From Girardia tigrina (Eukaryota), in the NCBI GenBank assembly GCA_001938485.1, contig MQRK01243963.1, positions 73,062 to 137,061 of the forward strand: DNA of 64,000 nt, read 5' to 3'. Each line of letters starts with the position of its first letter. The first letter of the stretch is position 1. The notes below the pieces were generated by a model that saw only the letters and a program-made list of their open reading frames with translations, did not search any database and was not told where the DNA came from. The position numbers were made by a program, and so were the translations under genes. Below are positions 22,501 through 35,269 of this stretch, piece by piece.

Positions 22501-25500
22501 GGTGGCACGAAAGTTTTCCTTTTTTTGATATGTGCACTGTTCATTGCATTTTTAATTTATTTATTATATATTTTTTATATGAAAGTTTCTGTTATATTAA
22601 ACTTTAAACTCGAAATATGAAAAGAAAAAAGTTATAAATTGAATGAATTCGTTTTTGGTGAGGGCAAAGTCCTTACACTAATATAATAAAAGATAGGGGA
22701 ACGACATTTAATATTTTACATAAAATAGATGCATGTTTTAATTTTCGATGTAATTCCAATTCTCTCTAACGTATTTTTTCAAGAGGTTCATATTAGTTTT
22801 GAACATTTCTTTGATCAGATTAATGTAGTATTCAGAGCTGATGATTCCTTCCGTGAAATCAACCTTCAGGACTTCTTTGGAATTGAAAAAGTATGCTTAA
22901 CATGACAAATTTTTGATGAAAAGTGCGTGGATGGCTTTTGGTAGTTTTTATGAGTGAAACCCGCTCTTTTGATTTTTTCTTGGAGTAGGGAATATTTGCA
23001 CATTAAATGAATCCAAACTCCTCTAACATGTGAAGATTGTTTCCACATTCTGTTTGTTTTCTTGCCATCATTTCCGTCATTAAGAAGATTGGCAAGAAAC
23101 TACAGAAGAGCTAAGTTATTCTCAGTTGATTCAGCTGAAGCTACAAGATTATATGACTCACGTTCAGTCGCTGAGAACGTGACCAGTTTCCACTGGTATT
23201 CCACTTTTTTCTGTGAAACGTACTTGTTCGACCAGAAGAAGACTTTCGAATCCACTTACAGATGGTAGTTTTTTATGGATCTTATTCATTATGTGCTTCT
23301 TGTAGATGAAAAATAATGTCATTTCTGTCAACAATTCTAAACAATAAAAAGAAATACACTTCGAAATTTGACTGAATCATACATTTCTTCAAATAATCAC
23401 CAATTAATTCTTATTAAGCCTGGATAATCCCTAATGTTAGAACTACAGTTATGTAAAAGACATCCACGATCTATTTATCCGTAACTTTGATAATAAATCA
23501 TAAAACTTATTAAAAAAAATTCACCGCAGAAAATATCTGATAATTATTAATATATTTCAAATTAAACTTAATGCAAAAATTGACATTTGATTTGAGAGAA
23601 ACTGGTGAAATGGCAAACAAAATTACAGTTTATTAATATTTAATAAAATAACCGACGTTAACCAATAAAAAACAGCGATTAGCCGAACATAAACCCTAGG
23701 TTGCCAAACAGCTCCAACCGATCGTTTATGGGAACTATCGGGAATAAAAGTGCCCAAATTGCACTTATTGGAGAAACAAATTGGCTATAATTCGTTTGAT
23801 TAGTTTTCAATCTCCAGCACGGAGAGCACCATCCCACAGAAACATCACTGCCGTGCACATTTTGACAACCGTGTCGCCCATTTGTCACACTTGTCATAAT
23901 TGATTCCAGAATATTATCCTTGGAATCATTTGGAAATTTGCATAACAATACTCGCTCAGTAAAGATTTTTAGTTACAAAGATTTTTCCCCATTATCGGAC
24001 AAGGTTTAGAAAAGATGACAATATACAGACCAATATATTTTTATATTTTATACATAGAATATAAATATACAACTTCAGATAAAACTGGGAATAAAAAATT
24101 TTAAATAAAGTCCTTAAATGTCTATAATACTCTCCAATGGAATAGAGATCATTATTTAAAAAATAGAAAAAATGTTGAAAAATTGACTTCAATTCCAGCT
24201 CGTATTCAGTGTCTTGTCTGCATATATCAAATACTTATCAGTCTGTTAGGGTCTTCCATCCAATCATGGGTAATTTGCAGCAGTCTGTGACATTCACTAT
24301 CCAACAAAATTAGTTTTTCAATTATAGAAATATGGTTAGTTGATTATGCGTGCGTATTTCCCATATTCGTCTGATGAAATTATCACAAATATATCCCACT
24401 TTTATAGCATAATGATGTGTCACAGTTGCATATTTCATCCTTCCATTCTGTCAAACTGACACATTTATAATTTAATAATGGAGCGTTTGCAGCCATCGTC
24501 TTACAACAGATTCATGGATTACATTACATTAGACTTCGAGACTTCGGCGATGTGCCTCTTACAATTAATACATTTCTTTACTATTTATGATATATCATTA
24601 CTATTCCTCGTAATCCTGGTTTTATTATACAACAGTAATTTCCTTATTTTATTGATCTAGATAGATGTCATTCATCATAAAGAACCACAAAATACCCAAC
24701 AAATAAATTTATATATACTTAATTATCCTCAAACATGCAACATGATTATATCTTCCAAATGGAAGACTTTGATGATGCTATGAAACGGGTTTAAAATTAA
24801 GGTTCTTGGAGTTTAGAATTTGATACTACATTTTATAAATGAAATCTTACAGAAAACAAAATTTGTAGGCAATTATAGTAATCATTATAAGCTTTTGTAA
24901 AATCATTATAACATATGTTTTTCCTGGGCTGAGTTATTTCAACCCCGGCCTGACAATTCACAAGTACTTCTATAATGAATCAAGAAAAGAAGCTCTTAAA
25001 CTTGAGTAGATCGTCATCACTAAGTCGGGACTCTGTCTCAGTGGTAACTTTTTCAATGAAACCTTGAAACGTTTAGGTCATAAGTTTAAATCATACGAAA
25101 TAGATTTGAAAATAATAAAATCATTGTAATTCAACACCTTAACATGGATAAAATATACATATACAACGAGTAAGAGTGTTTGAACAAATAGAATGATCGC
25201 AAAGATCATATATCAACACATTAACTGACACTCATTAAAAACAAATATTTTATAAATATACACTTGAAATTTTAAAGTTTTTTTTGTCATGTTTATCATT
25301 GCAAACAGATGTTTAATATTCCAAAATTATAGATAATAAAAAGTGGACTCCAATAATAACTGCTTAATTGTAATCTAAACGGTAACTGTCACCGTTTATA
25401 TATACCGGTACAGTGAAACATTTTCCCAAAGGGATTCCGATGTCTTTTAAAGCCGTCAAATGAACTGATTTCCAACTAATTTCATCATAACATTAATAAT

Positions 25501-28500
25501 TATTAAATATACTAAAATCCAGTGATTTTCGATTATAGAGTTAAAAAGAACATAGCACTGAATGATTTTCTAAAAGTTTTAAAAATTTCAGAAACACCAT
25601 TTCTAAAAATATAGACAATTTTAGGATAGTGTTAGTAATATCCAAAGTGAGACTTTCTTACATTTATATCAAGCGGATGTCTAACCTCAGAGAAATTGGA
25701 GAGAATTCAACATACAAGATCAAAAGAGGATGTAACAGAAAAAATGACTACCTTAAAACCGCAAGTAGGATACCGACTGATAAACTTGAAAGCCAAGGAG
25801 TCCTTTAAATGTACATTCGCTGGCTGCCCAAAGTTGACTGGATCAGCCAAAGACATCCAAAGCCGTGGAACATCTGAATATGGTTGGTTGTTTACAGGAT
25901 GTCCAAAGCGGCTTATAAGCGAAAAGCTTATCTCAAAATGCTACAACCACGAGTATCTATAATGATTGTACTCAGATTGTCTTAGAGTATTATGAAGAAT
26001 ACGCAGAACAGAGAAATAAATAAAACGTGAGACGAGTGCAGTTGAACACTTAGCTTCCTTTATATGCCAGATGGATAATTGCAGTCAGAGTTATAAAACA
26101 AATGAATGACTAACGAGGCATTCGATCAAAGATCATAAACTGTAAATGCAAAATGACCAGCAATGTGGTAGTGCAGATCGATTGAATCCCGAGAATAAAA
26201 TCTTAGTTTTGCCTATATTCGGTGAAATACATCACGCGATATCGTATGAAGTGAAAGCTTTCCGGTTGATGTATATGAAAACGAATGGACCATTTTCATG
26301 TCCTTTTTCCGTTTTACGAAAAAATTGATTGCAAAACTATGGAACCCGATATCACATAAATATTCAAAAACGGGCAACAACTCTGAAAGTTAACGGAATG
26401 ACCATTACTTATCTTGTATTTGATTAAAAAGCTTTACCAGATTTAGAGCCAATATTTTCATACCCTGTGTGTCAATGCTACTACGCAGTAAACCCCATAT
26501 TCGAGGAGAGCCAAATTGGAGAGAAAAATAATCATCTCAAAATACGAAATTGTGAATATTAACAGCCGACTTGATCGAGTAAAGTTTCTGGATCGCTGCA
26601 TTTTTAACAAGAATAGAACTTGGTCCACTTCGAAGGATGAATTTTAAGTTCTTCTAATTAACTTTGATTCACATTATGAGAAACTTCACTGTGAATCCAT
26701 GTTAATCAGGCTACATCGATTACCATATGCAGCGTTAATATTATATATTTGTAATTAATTTTGTTCAACAATAAAAAAGAATATATTTAGAATGTCACAA
26801 CGAAGAAAATCGTCAAGGTATTTTATAATATTGAAAAATTTATATTTTATACTTCTATTAAAAATCGGTCTTTATCAATCATTTCTTTTCTAATTTATTT
26901 TTTATGGTAAATCTGTTAAAGATGTATTTCTACTTACATTATTTAATTTATTAAGATTTTCGTCATTTGGCGATTTTTCGTCACATTTGTTCTTCATCAT
27001 TTCATCATCGATCTTTACTTCAACGGGAAATGATTTAATTTCAGTTTCTTTAGCGACTTCCATGTCTTGGAGCTTGGAACTTTCTCTCTTCAGTTTCTGT
27101 TTTTCTCTTTGTCTAAATTAATTATTACGATTATTATTATTAGAATTTAATATTTATTTAATATTACTCTTCTTCGAATATATCTATCAAACTTTTGTCG
27201 AGAATATTTGACTGTGGCTCCCACGTGTTGTATCTGAATTATTCATTTTTTATAATAAAATTAGTCTATTTTTTGTATAAATTTATCAGAAATATAGATT
27301 TAGGTTACGTATTATTAAATTAATATGGTATTTTTTTAAATACAGTCCACACTCGGTTTTGGGGCAAAAGATATCAAATTTTGCCCCAAAAACCAAAAAA
27401 ACACCCAAAAAATTAAAAAAACATCGAAAAACTAAATAAAATTTATTCCAATTTTTTAAAATAATCAGTTATTGTTTTCCCCATTTTAAATTCCTTCCTT
27501 AAAAAATTATTAAATTGCATTCTAAACTTGATGTATTCTTTTTGAACATCAAAAGGTATATATTCAATAACATTTTCCAATTCTTTAAGTTTTTCCCATC
27601 ACAGCTTTAGTTTATCATAACGAACTTTTTCACAAATTTCAGCTGTTCCGGTCTCCTTCTCCAGCGGTTCTGTTAAATTTTCTTCATAAACCTCAACAAT
27701 AACGTCCTCTATATCTTCCTCAAGCATATGAATTTTCATATGGTTTCTTCTTTTTTGGAAAATGCCTTTTTGAAACAATTAATAATCGATTCTTTGGATA
27801 TTACCTCCCAGACAATAGAAGTAAAAACAATAGCATTTTTAATATTAATGTTTTCAAATGGATCATTATTTAAATCGTCTTCTTCAGTTGCCAAAAAATC
27901 AACAAGAGAATTATTGTAACGATCCTTGAATGCCTTTATCAAACCCATATCCAATGGCTGTGTTACGGAAGTTGTGTTTTTTTGGCAAATATAAAAAAAA
28001 GTTGGATATTCGGATGGGATGGTGCATTATCTAAAATAATTAAAATTTTCCTTTTCTCCACTTCCAAGAAAAATTTTCAATTAATTTTCTCTCTGTTGTT
28101 TTTCCATCCTTCAAACATTTCGCAATTTCAAATTTTTCGCTCGATGTTAGTTTTTTCATCATTGGGAATAATGCTTTTTTTACAAAATTTAATATAAATT
28201 TAAACAAAATTTAACAAAAAAATTAATAAAATTTTAAAAAAAAAGCTTGTAATATTTTAAATTTGGGGAAATTTTGATACTTATTTCAGACCAAGATTAA
28301 ATATTATTTTTAGGTTAAAAAATATGCCCCAAAAAACGAAACATAATTGTACTTTTGGAATAAAAACACAATATAAATAATATGTAATAGTGTGATTATC
28401 TTAAAACTTGCCCCAAAAACCAAAATTTCCCCAGAAATCAAGGTGCCCCACCATAAAGAATGCCCCGGAAACGAGGGTGGACTGTATGTAAATACCATAA

Positions 28501-30436
28501 AATACATGGTAAAATACATATTAACGACAGTTAAGATGGATTATTGGTGGATAACCATTATTAAATAGATTTATATCACATTACCATTTAATTATAAATA
28601 AAAATATAGATTATTGTTAGGTAAAGCATTGTATTATAAATTAAATTCATTGGACAGAATGAATGCAAAATTCCTAACGTAACAATAGATAAACATTCAA
28701 TTGTTCAGTTTTAGAAACATTTAAAATAAAAGAAAATTTGGAAAACTAATTTTAATAAATAAAGATTTTTTTTCAAATCTGCATAATAACAACAAAAATT
28801 GTAGGAAAAATATAAAATAACTAAACATTTTATTTGATTAAAATATGAAGTCACCGTCAAAGGGTTTAGAAACTTTTTTCCATATGGGGGTTGATGTTGC
28901 GAAATAAAATTTGTAGAAAAGTAAAGGGTTCTACTTGCAAAGTACTTCAACTACTACTTAATGACGTAAAGTTAAGAAAAAATATTCTCCAAAATGATTT
29001 TTTATAATATGACGAAATTTATAATACTATTTCTCGAAAAATTCGCTTCATTCAACCGTTAAAAAACGTGAAAGTAAATTTGTTTCGGAAAAGTCTTTTT
29101 TATGAGTTTTTTTTAGTTTGGGGGCATCCTAGAGCCAAACCATAGGAGAATATTAATCATAGGATTCCTTTTCAATTACCAACGAATCCATGCAACATTA
29201 AATTAAAATTAATTGCAACATTTACTTATTGACATTAAATGTTTCTAATTTTTCACAATTTGTGCTTTTCATCCCATTTTCTAGACTAATTTTGTAATAA
29301 TAAAATTTATTTTTCCCCATGTGTATATTTGGTGTTTGTATGCCTTTCTTTTCTTAAGGGAAAATGTATGAAAAAAATTGTTTTAAGGGAAAAAAATCTA
29401 TTTAAACAATTGATTTAAAATGGAATTCAATATATAAACCCACAAACAGAATATAGAGTCAAAATGACAATTAAATTTTTTTTAAAAATAAATTTTAATA
29501 ATCAATAATTCTGAATAATATAATTAAATGATAATAATTATGAATAATAAAAATAAAAAATGTGTCATACTTATCATCCCAATCTTTCCATTTGATGAAA
29601 TAAAGTGGTTCTTTATTCTAAAATTAATAAATAATTAAAAAAATTATTTAAAAGAACAAGAATAATTTTTTTCTTAATTTTACCAAATTGATCTAACATC
29701 AAATGTTCTTTATAATTATTATATATATTTTATATATGTTTCTAATATATTTTATAATTTTTATATTTCTTTAAATAGAAAACAAAATTAAATTAGAAAA
29801 TTAGATATTTTTATTTATTATTCGAGGGGCGTAAAAATTGTTGTGAATAAATGAAAGTAAAAATAAAAAAACAATAACAATTCGTGAGAAAAAGTTATTT
29901 TCAAGTGATTACATCATCACCACCCGCTCGGAGTCATGACAACCGGTCAGAGATATCCAATGGCAGATTGGGTTACAATTGGATAAGAATCGTAGAGGCT
30001 GAAAATCCATCTAGAGACTTTTGTCTATAATTTATTATTTAAAGATTTTTAATGAAAAAACAAGATTTTTTTCTTAGTAGAAATATGCATTGACAATTTA
30101 AAAATTAATTTAATTTTATTTATGATATTTATCATTATTAAAACCTTAAAAAATAATAAATTATTATAAATAAGTACTCTATGAATTCTAAAAATATTAA
30201 AATAAAAATCCATTAAAAATACTCAGATAATACGTAAAAATAAAATAAACTTATATCAGAAAAAAATATTATTAAAATAAAAAAAGATAGTAAAATCGAC
30301 ATTTAATAACACCATAAAAGAACGAATAATTTTCAGAATATTTTTCACTCACCGATCGAATTTTCTTTTTCCGAATCGTTTCCACAATGAAAACATCGTT
30401 CACTGGTTCGTTTGTCGCGAATTTCCGTTTTCTCAT
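15004..30436 (-). CDS. Pc/CBX: Polycomb/chromobox (Pc, CBX2/4/6/7/8 class) PRC1 subunit; 5 coding exons, 640 aa
   Basis: Spliced exons 84+47+66+175+1551 = 1923 nt in one open frame. Chromodomain VFIVETIRKKKIRSNKEPLYFIKWKDWDDKYNTWEPQSNILDKSLIDIF has an intact F/W/W aromatic cage and Pc-type hydrophobic clasp residues (V before F, L in NILD). Pc/C-box NTIVTDVTIRNLTVTIRE is present. Extra small exons in the 10.4-kb intron 4 cannot be excluded. Confidence 0.92.
16900..17760 (+). mobile_element. Penelope-like element 3' part in Pc intron 4, antisense to the gene
   Basis: Broken GIY-YIG: LCSDIVYEYNC...RYLCKRIQEH...SNIAEH...CPKINVQ, then a hammerhead and AATAAA. Confidence 0.8.
17631..17671 (+). 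ncRNA. Minimal type I hammerhead ribozyme with intact core
   Basis: UGAC CUGAAGA u GACGG uagau CCGUC GAA AUAUAU U|GUCA: stem I UGAC/GUCA, stem II GACGG/CCGUC, palindromic stem III; predicted cut after 17667. Confidence 0.85.
18604..19339 (+). mobile_element. Internally deleted mariner with both TIRs (Pc intron 4)
   Basis: TA-flanked TIRs TTAGGTTGTATAGTATGAAAGTTG / CAAATTTCATACTTGACGATCTAA; motifs SVWWS, DLAPTDYH. Confidence 0.9.
20540..21000 (+). mobile_element. Possible PLE RT C-terminal remnant
   Basis: GVNCTVE...PDVLM resembles 'I.FT.E...FLDVL'; very decayed. Confidence 0.3.
21802..22002. other. (TA)n running into an assembly gap (N 21816-22002)
   Basis: Directly visible. Confidence 0.99.
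25690..26650 (+). mobile_element. Possible degenerate LTR-retrotransposon gag/pol remnant
   Basis: Zn-knuckle-like CTFAGCPKLTGSAKD and weak RT-like segments near 26260-26470; no clean ORF. Confidence 0.3.
26938..27112 (-). CDS. Pc/CBX: Pc/CBX exon 4 (EQREKQKLKRESSK...ENLNKLNN), 175 nt
   Basis: Follows a 55-nt intron; acceptor TTTAG|, donor AAT|GTAAGT; open frame ending in phase 0. Confidence 0.85.
27168..27233 (-). CDS. Pc/CBX: Pc/CBX exon 3 (YNTWEPQSNILDKSLIDIFEE), 66 nt
   Basis: Acceptor TTCAG|, donor GA|GTAATA; TWEP...NILD motif; phase 2 at both ends. Confidence 0.93.
27343..28484 (-). mobile_element. Internally deleted pogo/Tigger DNA transposon (Pc intron 2)
   Basis: TA-flanked TIRs CAGTCCACACTCGGTTTTGGGG / CCCCGGAAACGAGGGTGGACTG; DDE motifs LDNAPSHP, NTTSVTQPLDMGLIKAFK, IINCFKKA. 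Confidence 0.92.
29571..29617 (-). CDS. Pc/CBX: Pc/CBX exon 2 (NKEPLYFIKWKDWDDK), 47 nt
   Basis: Acceptor TTTTAG|, donor AA|GTATGA; YxxKWKxW chromodomain core; too short for the ORF track. Confidence 0.92.
30353..30436 (-). CDS. Pc/CBX: Pc/CBX coding exon 1 (MRKRKFATNEPVNDVFIVETIRKKKIRS)
   Basis: ATG at 30436; donor TCG|GTGAGT, phase 0; encodes the chromodomain N-terminus. Confidence 0.88.
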
Positions 30437-30684
30437 TCTGGATTTTTGTTTTAAATTTAAAATAAATCCGAAATAAATCCACAGAGAGTGAGAGAATGAC
30501 AATTAAAACAAAAAGGGAAAAACAACGTTTTCAATCGAAGACAAATTAACAAACGTAATAAGACAAATATAAATATAAAACACGAATGAAGCGACAAAAC
30601 AAATCCAACAAATACAAAACTAGACTGAATAATAATCGATACAAGCCACAACAATTTATAACCTAATATCAACACACAATTGCC

Positions 30685-30920
30685 ACACACACCCGCTCGA
30701 TGGCGTGTTTGTCTGTTTTTGTATTTCTAGTAGTCAATCAAAATGGACTTTAGCAACAGAGATTATTCGGTGTGTCAACATAACGAACTAATTAGAAAAT
30801 CTTTAGCTTGTGTGTCTGATTCAATTTTAGCGTCAACCAATGAAAATCCAAGGAATTAATAACGGCTGATTAACAAATCTATATCAAGTTGGCTGCTTGA
30901 TTAAACTGATTTAATAAACA
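30685..30920 (-). promoter_or_regulatory. Probable Pc/CBX promoter region
   Basis: Locally less AT-rich, 250-480 bp upstream of the ATG; contains GATGGCG (YY1/Pho-like), TTAGCAAC (RFX half-site) and CCAAT; TSS not determinable. Confidence 0.4.
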
Positions 30921-31699
30921 AACAGACAAAATGTATTAAAACTAATACAAAAAATGTTATACGAAATATTATTTTATTAAATATTATTAATCAATATTAA
31001 TAATGATTTTGAAAATAAATTTTAATTCTAGTAATTTGGTTTGAAAAAAATGTTATTTAAAAATTCAAAAACGAAAGATTTAATAGTGTGTGAGAGAGAC
31101 ATTTTTAATTAAATCAGTTTGAAAATGTGTTTTGATTAATTGAATTTAATTGGATGGAAAATGTAAATAGTTAATTTTTTTCTATTAAATATTGTTTGGC
31201 GTTGTTTATAGAATGTTAACAGTTACAAAATTTTCGACCTTTGAACATTGAACAAATCGTTTATGAACAAAAAAAAAGAACGAAGAACGAATTACCGTTT
31301 TTGTGTTAATATATTTTAAAAAGTTTTCGTTTTTTTTCGTAAGGATTGATTGTCGTTTTAATATACGTGAAAAATAGTTTTAAATTATTAAAAAAAATAT
31401 AATTTTTTTATTAAGTTGTTTAAAACAATTTTCCAAATCTGTTAATTATACCTTGAAATTTGTGAATCATAAAGTGAAATATAAATAATAATCTGTCACA
31501 GTGTAATGTAGTTCTTTAATAACAACTTATAATACCACTTCTTAAAAAACCTTTAAATCATAGAACAAATATGGTTCTTTCAAAGAACTTCTTTGTCTTG
31601 AAAAATATCTAGAACAAGAAGACATTAAGAACTTCGTTCCAGTAAAACTAAGAAAACAAAAAGTTATCTCAATTTCAAATGGTCAAGTTACTTTGATTT

Positions 31700-32650
31700 C
31701 TCTAATTTGAATATAATTATTTATTATACAATAATTTGAAAATTTGAGAACAGATATTTATTAAAGGATTTTTTAAAAAATCAACGTCTGATATGTTTCG
31801 ATCACAATCTTTGATCATCTTCAGCAACTTTATTTGTGTTATATTTTTATGTTTTTATAATTTATTTAATATTTTTTATTTTATTTAAAGATATTAAATA
31901 TTGAGGCTGCTTTGCTTTTCCCATTTTGGATATTAATCAATGGGTTATGGTATCTTATTAGCAATGATTCACAATACATAAAGTGAATCGAAATTCTTCT
32001 GAAGAATAGAATATTCATCTTTTGAAATTGATGAAATTCTATTTCTGTAAAACCTTACTTGATCTACTCGACTGTGAGTGTTCATTTATCCGTCTCTCCA
32101 ATGTACTAGTTTTTACACCCAGACAATTAAAATGTACACAAGATTAGCTTTCACTAAATTGTCAGTTTTGGATTTCACTGTAAAGTAATTTCTTACTTTG
32201 TATGTTGTAGACACTATTTTAACATTATCAATAATTTTATAAATGTTATTCTTAAATCTTCTGAAACCGTCTGAATAAGGATTTTTCTATTTTTAAAGCG
32301 TTCCCTTTCATCTTCCTTCTTGGACTTGTTAGTGTAGAATCTCTAGCGTCAATTTAATATTTTTTTCTATTTGTTCATTCGGGTACATATTATTATGTAA
32401 AGGTTTCCTAAGAATATCCAACACATGTACTTGTTGAGGAAAATATTCGTTGAGGAAATATTCGTTAAGGAAAGATTCAAAGCCGTGATCATACATTTTT
32501 TATCTCTCTTGATAGTGACTTTTTGATGTCGTGTAAAATCATGTGTCTGTTACCTTTCTGTACCAATCTGTTTCATATTTACCAATAATTCTTTAAACAA
32601 GAACATTCAAAAATCTTTATATTACAAATTTTGATAATAAAAATAATGCT
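31700..32650 (-). mobile_element. Penelope-like element 3' part (RT thumb, GIY-YIG, pLTR)
   Basis: FLNVLV...YETDWYRKVTDT, KANLVY...YIGET...NEHSQSSRSS; hammerhead downstream. Confidence 0.82.
31785..31829 (-). ncRNA. Minimal hammerhead ribozyme motif in PLE pLTR
   Basis: CUGAAGA u GAUCA aagauug UGAUC GAAA cauauc; core and stem II intact, stem I register imperfect. Confidence 0.65.
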
Positions 32651-34524
32651 GCCAATTGCAATATTCTCACATAAGATGAATCTAGAAGGCTGTTATACCT
32701 TCAAGTGATATTTGTACTTCTTTCACTGTTACAACCCTTGATAAGATAATTGAATTGACGTTTAATTAGTAAGTGATTATTCAAGACAAAACAAGTATTA
32801 CTAAATTATTGTAAAGTTATCCAGTTTTTCTTTGTATTCAAGTGATTAATTTTATAATTATACTTTTCAGATAATGAATTTTTATTTCTTAGGCGGATCT
32901 TTGACTGAGTTGTTGACGACGGTGACTGAAATGGAACTATTTGAGATGTGATTCTAATTATTAGATGATATTAACAGTAGAAATAATAATTATTATAATG
33001 ATAAGAAATTTATATAACACTTTGAAAGAGCTTTGAAAGATTATAAACTCAGTATGTTCTGCTATGTTAGAAATACTAAAGTAATAAATAAAAGAATTAT
33101 AAGACAGATGGACGAAGCTTCAGGAAAGAGGTTCAGCACATCAATATAAAATAAAGAATATATTATTACATTATTTGCAATGGAAATGTAAAAATTCTGA
33201 ATGTCTAAAGTGTAAGTAAAATTATTTAAATCTAATCAGTAAATGTAAAGTTTTTATTAAAAAAATATTACTTTTAAGCGTGGAAAATTATTAAGGAATT
33301 CTTATGAAGGTTTTTATAAATGAAAAAAAGTTAAGAATTAACTTTAAAGTTTGTAAATATCCAATAATGTCAACGTTTATGCAATTCTCAAATTAACTTA
33401 AAGGTAAAATCGTTATTGGAAAACTTAATGTTCTAAATCAACTGATCCTATAAAGCAACATACATTATTTATCAAGTTATAACATGTACCCCTTAAGGTG
33501 TCCTATCCAGTGGGGCATCTTACCACATAATCGCTATTTGATTTATTGTCCGTCATGTTCATGTACTAGAAAATCATAGGTTCGTTCGTTTGTAAACTTG
33601 CATGACAGTTCAAAGGACGATACAAATGTCTTAATAGAACGGGACCCGTTATAAAGGTTAGTTGCCCCGGACAAAAAGACAAAAAATAAAGGTACATATT
33701 TTAAATTAAATGTAAAGTATATTCTTCAAAAGAAACATAAAATAACATAACAGTGATAATCAAGCTGCTAAGAACAGTGGAAATTAATTGAAAAATATCT
33801 GTATTTTGTGAAAAGTGGTTAATTATATATTTTTTTATATTTTTATATAATATCAATTGTTTATTATTCCACAAACAATTAAACTGTTTCTATGTTTTAT
33901 TTTTTATCAAATGAGTATTTTATACATGAATTTCGTTGAAATAGTGCAAGCCGAAATGACTCCAAACCAACTATCGAAACGAATCTACCTCTTTTACAAG
34001 GAAACGAAATCCGTCAATATTATATTGTTTTAAAATATAAAATAACAAAACCTAAGATATTAAAATAAACAATCCTTTATTTTGCATGAATTATTTTGTA
34101 AACATTATAATATATTTAACCATGAATTACTTTACATAAATTAGTATTTTTGAACACCCAAAAAACATTTAGTTTATTATTCTCACATATTTATTACTGT
34201 TAGGGATTAAAAGTCAAATGAAAATTTCTGATCTATAAAAAAATACATTCTGGAAATATATTGTTCATTTTGATATGAATGATAATGTTCATCACATAAA
34301 TTATTCTACGTGTTCCAAAGGCACTAACATCGCTACCAACACCGACGAATATGAGGCCGAGGAACAATTGTTACCAAGTTAATTCAAACGCAATATTAAT
34401 TATATAATAATATTAATAAGGGATATTCATAATCATATGTACAAGGTATTTTAAAGTTGCTAAAATTCAGGTCAGCTGTAGAAATATATTTATGATACAT
34501 TGTTGTCACCAGATGTGGTTTCAA

Positions 34525-34929
34525 CCGGGTGTTTTTTTAGTCAAAAAATACTGGGTGGCCCTAGCACTGGGGATCCAAAATGCCTAGAAAATAATTCAGG
34601 TGCATGTTACTGATATGCAGCATTGAAATAGTATTGATCTACAAAAGCAAATCTAAAATTATTTAACAAGAATTCAATAATGCATACATGCAATTCCAAA
34701 TTTATGTCCACAGGAAAATTGTATATAATAAAAAAAATAAAAAAAGTACTGAAATTTTTAGATTTTTTGGAGCTCCTTCAAAAAGTTTCGTTTAATTTTT
34801 ATTTCTACCTTAAAAAACACATTATATACTGGGTGACCCAAAACAATAGAAATAAAATAACTAGGTGGCCCATAAAAATGACTGCGGAGCCCTCGGGCCA
34901 GGCAGGTAACAGTTAAAAAAAACGGCCTG
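34525..34929. mobile_element. Non-autonomous hAT element (MITE)
   Basis: Exact 8-bp TSD GGTTTCAA (34517-34524, 34930-34937); imperfect 14-bp TIRs; subterminal CT(G/A)GGTG(G/A)CCC repeats. Confidence 0.8.
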
Positions 34930-35269
34930 GGTTTCAACGAATGAAAAAGAAAATCCAGAAATCAAGGAAATCGAAAATCACATCAGGGCAACTTTCCAAA
35001 AAAGAAATGCAAATAAAAGAAATAATGGGTGATTAAAAATAAGCATTAGAATATAATCAAACAGACGAATAAACGGAAGAATATTTCACAAAGTAAAGAC
35101 GTTTGAGCATACGTTGAATCAAAGTAGAAATTTAAATGTAAGTCTTAATATATTTTACGAACGATAGGGATGTTCAAAAATATTCAAAGAGATCCGCTAA
35201 AAATAAGAGCTAAAGAAGATTATCCGAAAAAGGAGGAGACCGGAGAGGAAGACTAAACAATATGTACAA

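Noticed and set aside
24180-25480. Possible RTE-like LINE remnants
   Set aside because: Only faint motif resemblance; too decayed to call
30272-30690. Full-length ORFs 30272..30502 and 30457..30690
   Set aside because: Only 30353-30436 is chromodomain-coding; the rest is T-rich leader or intron read-through
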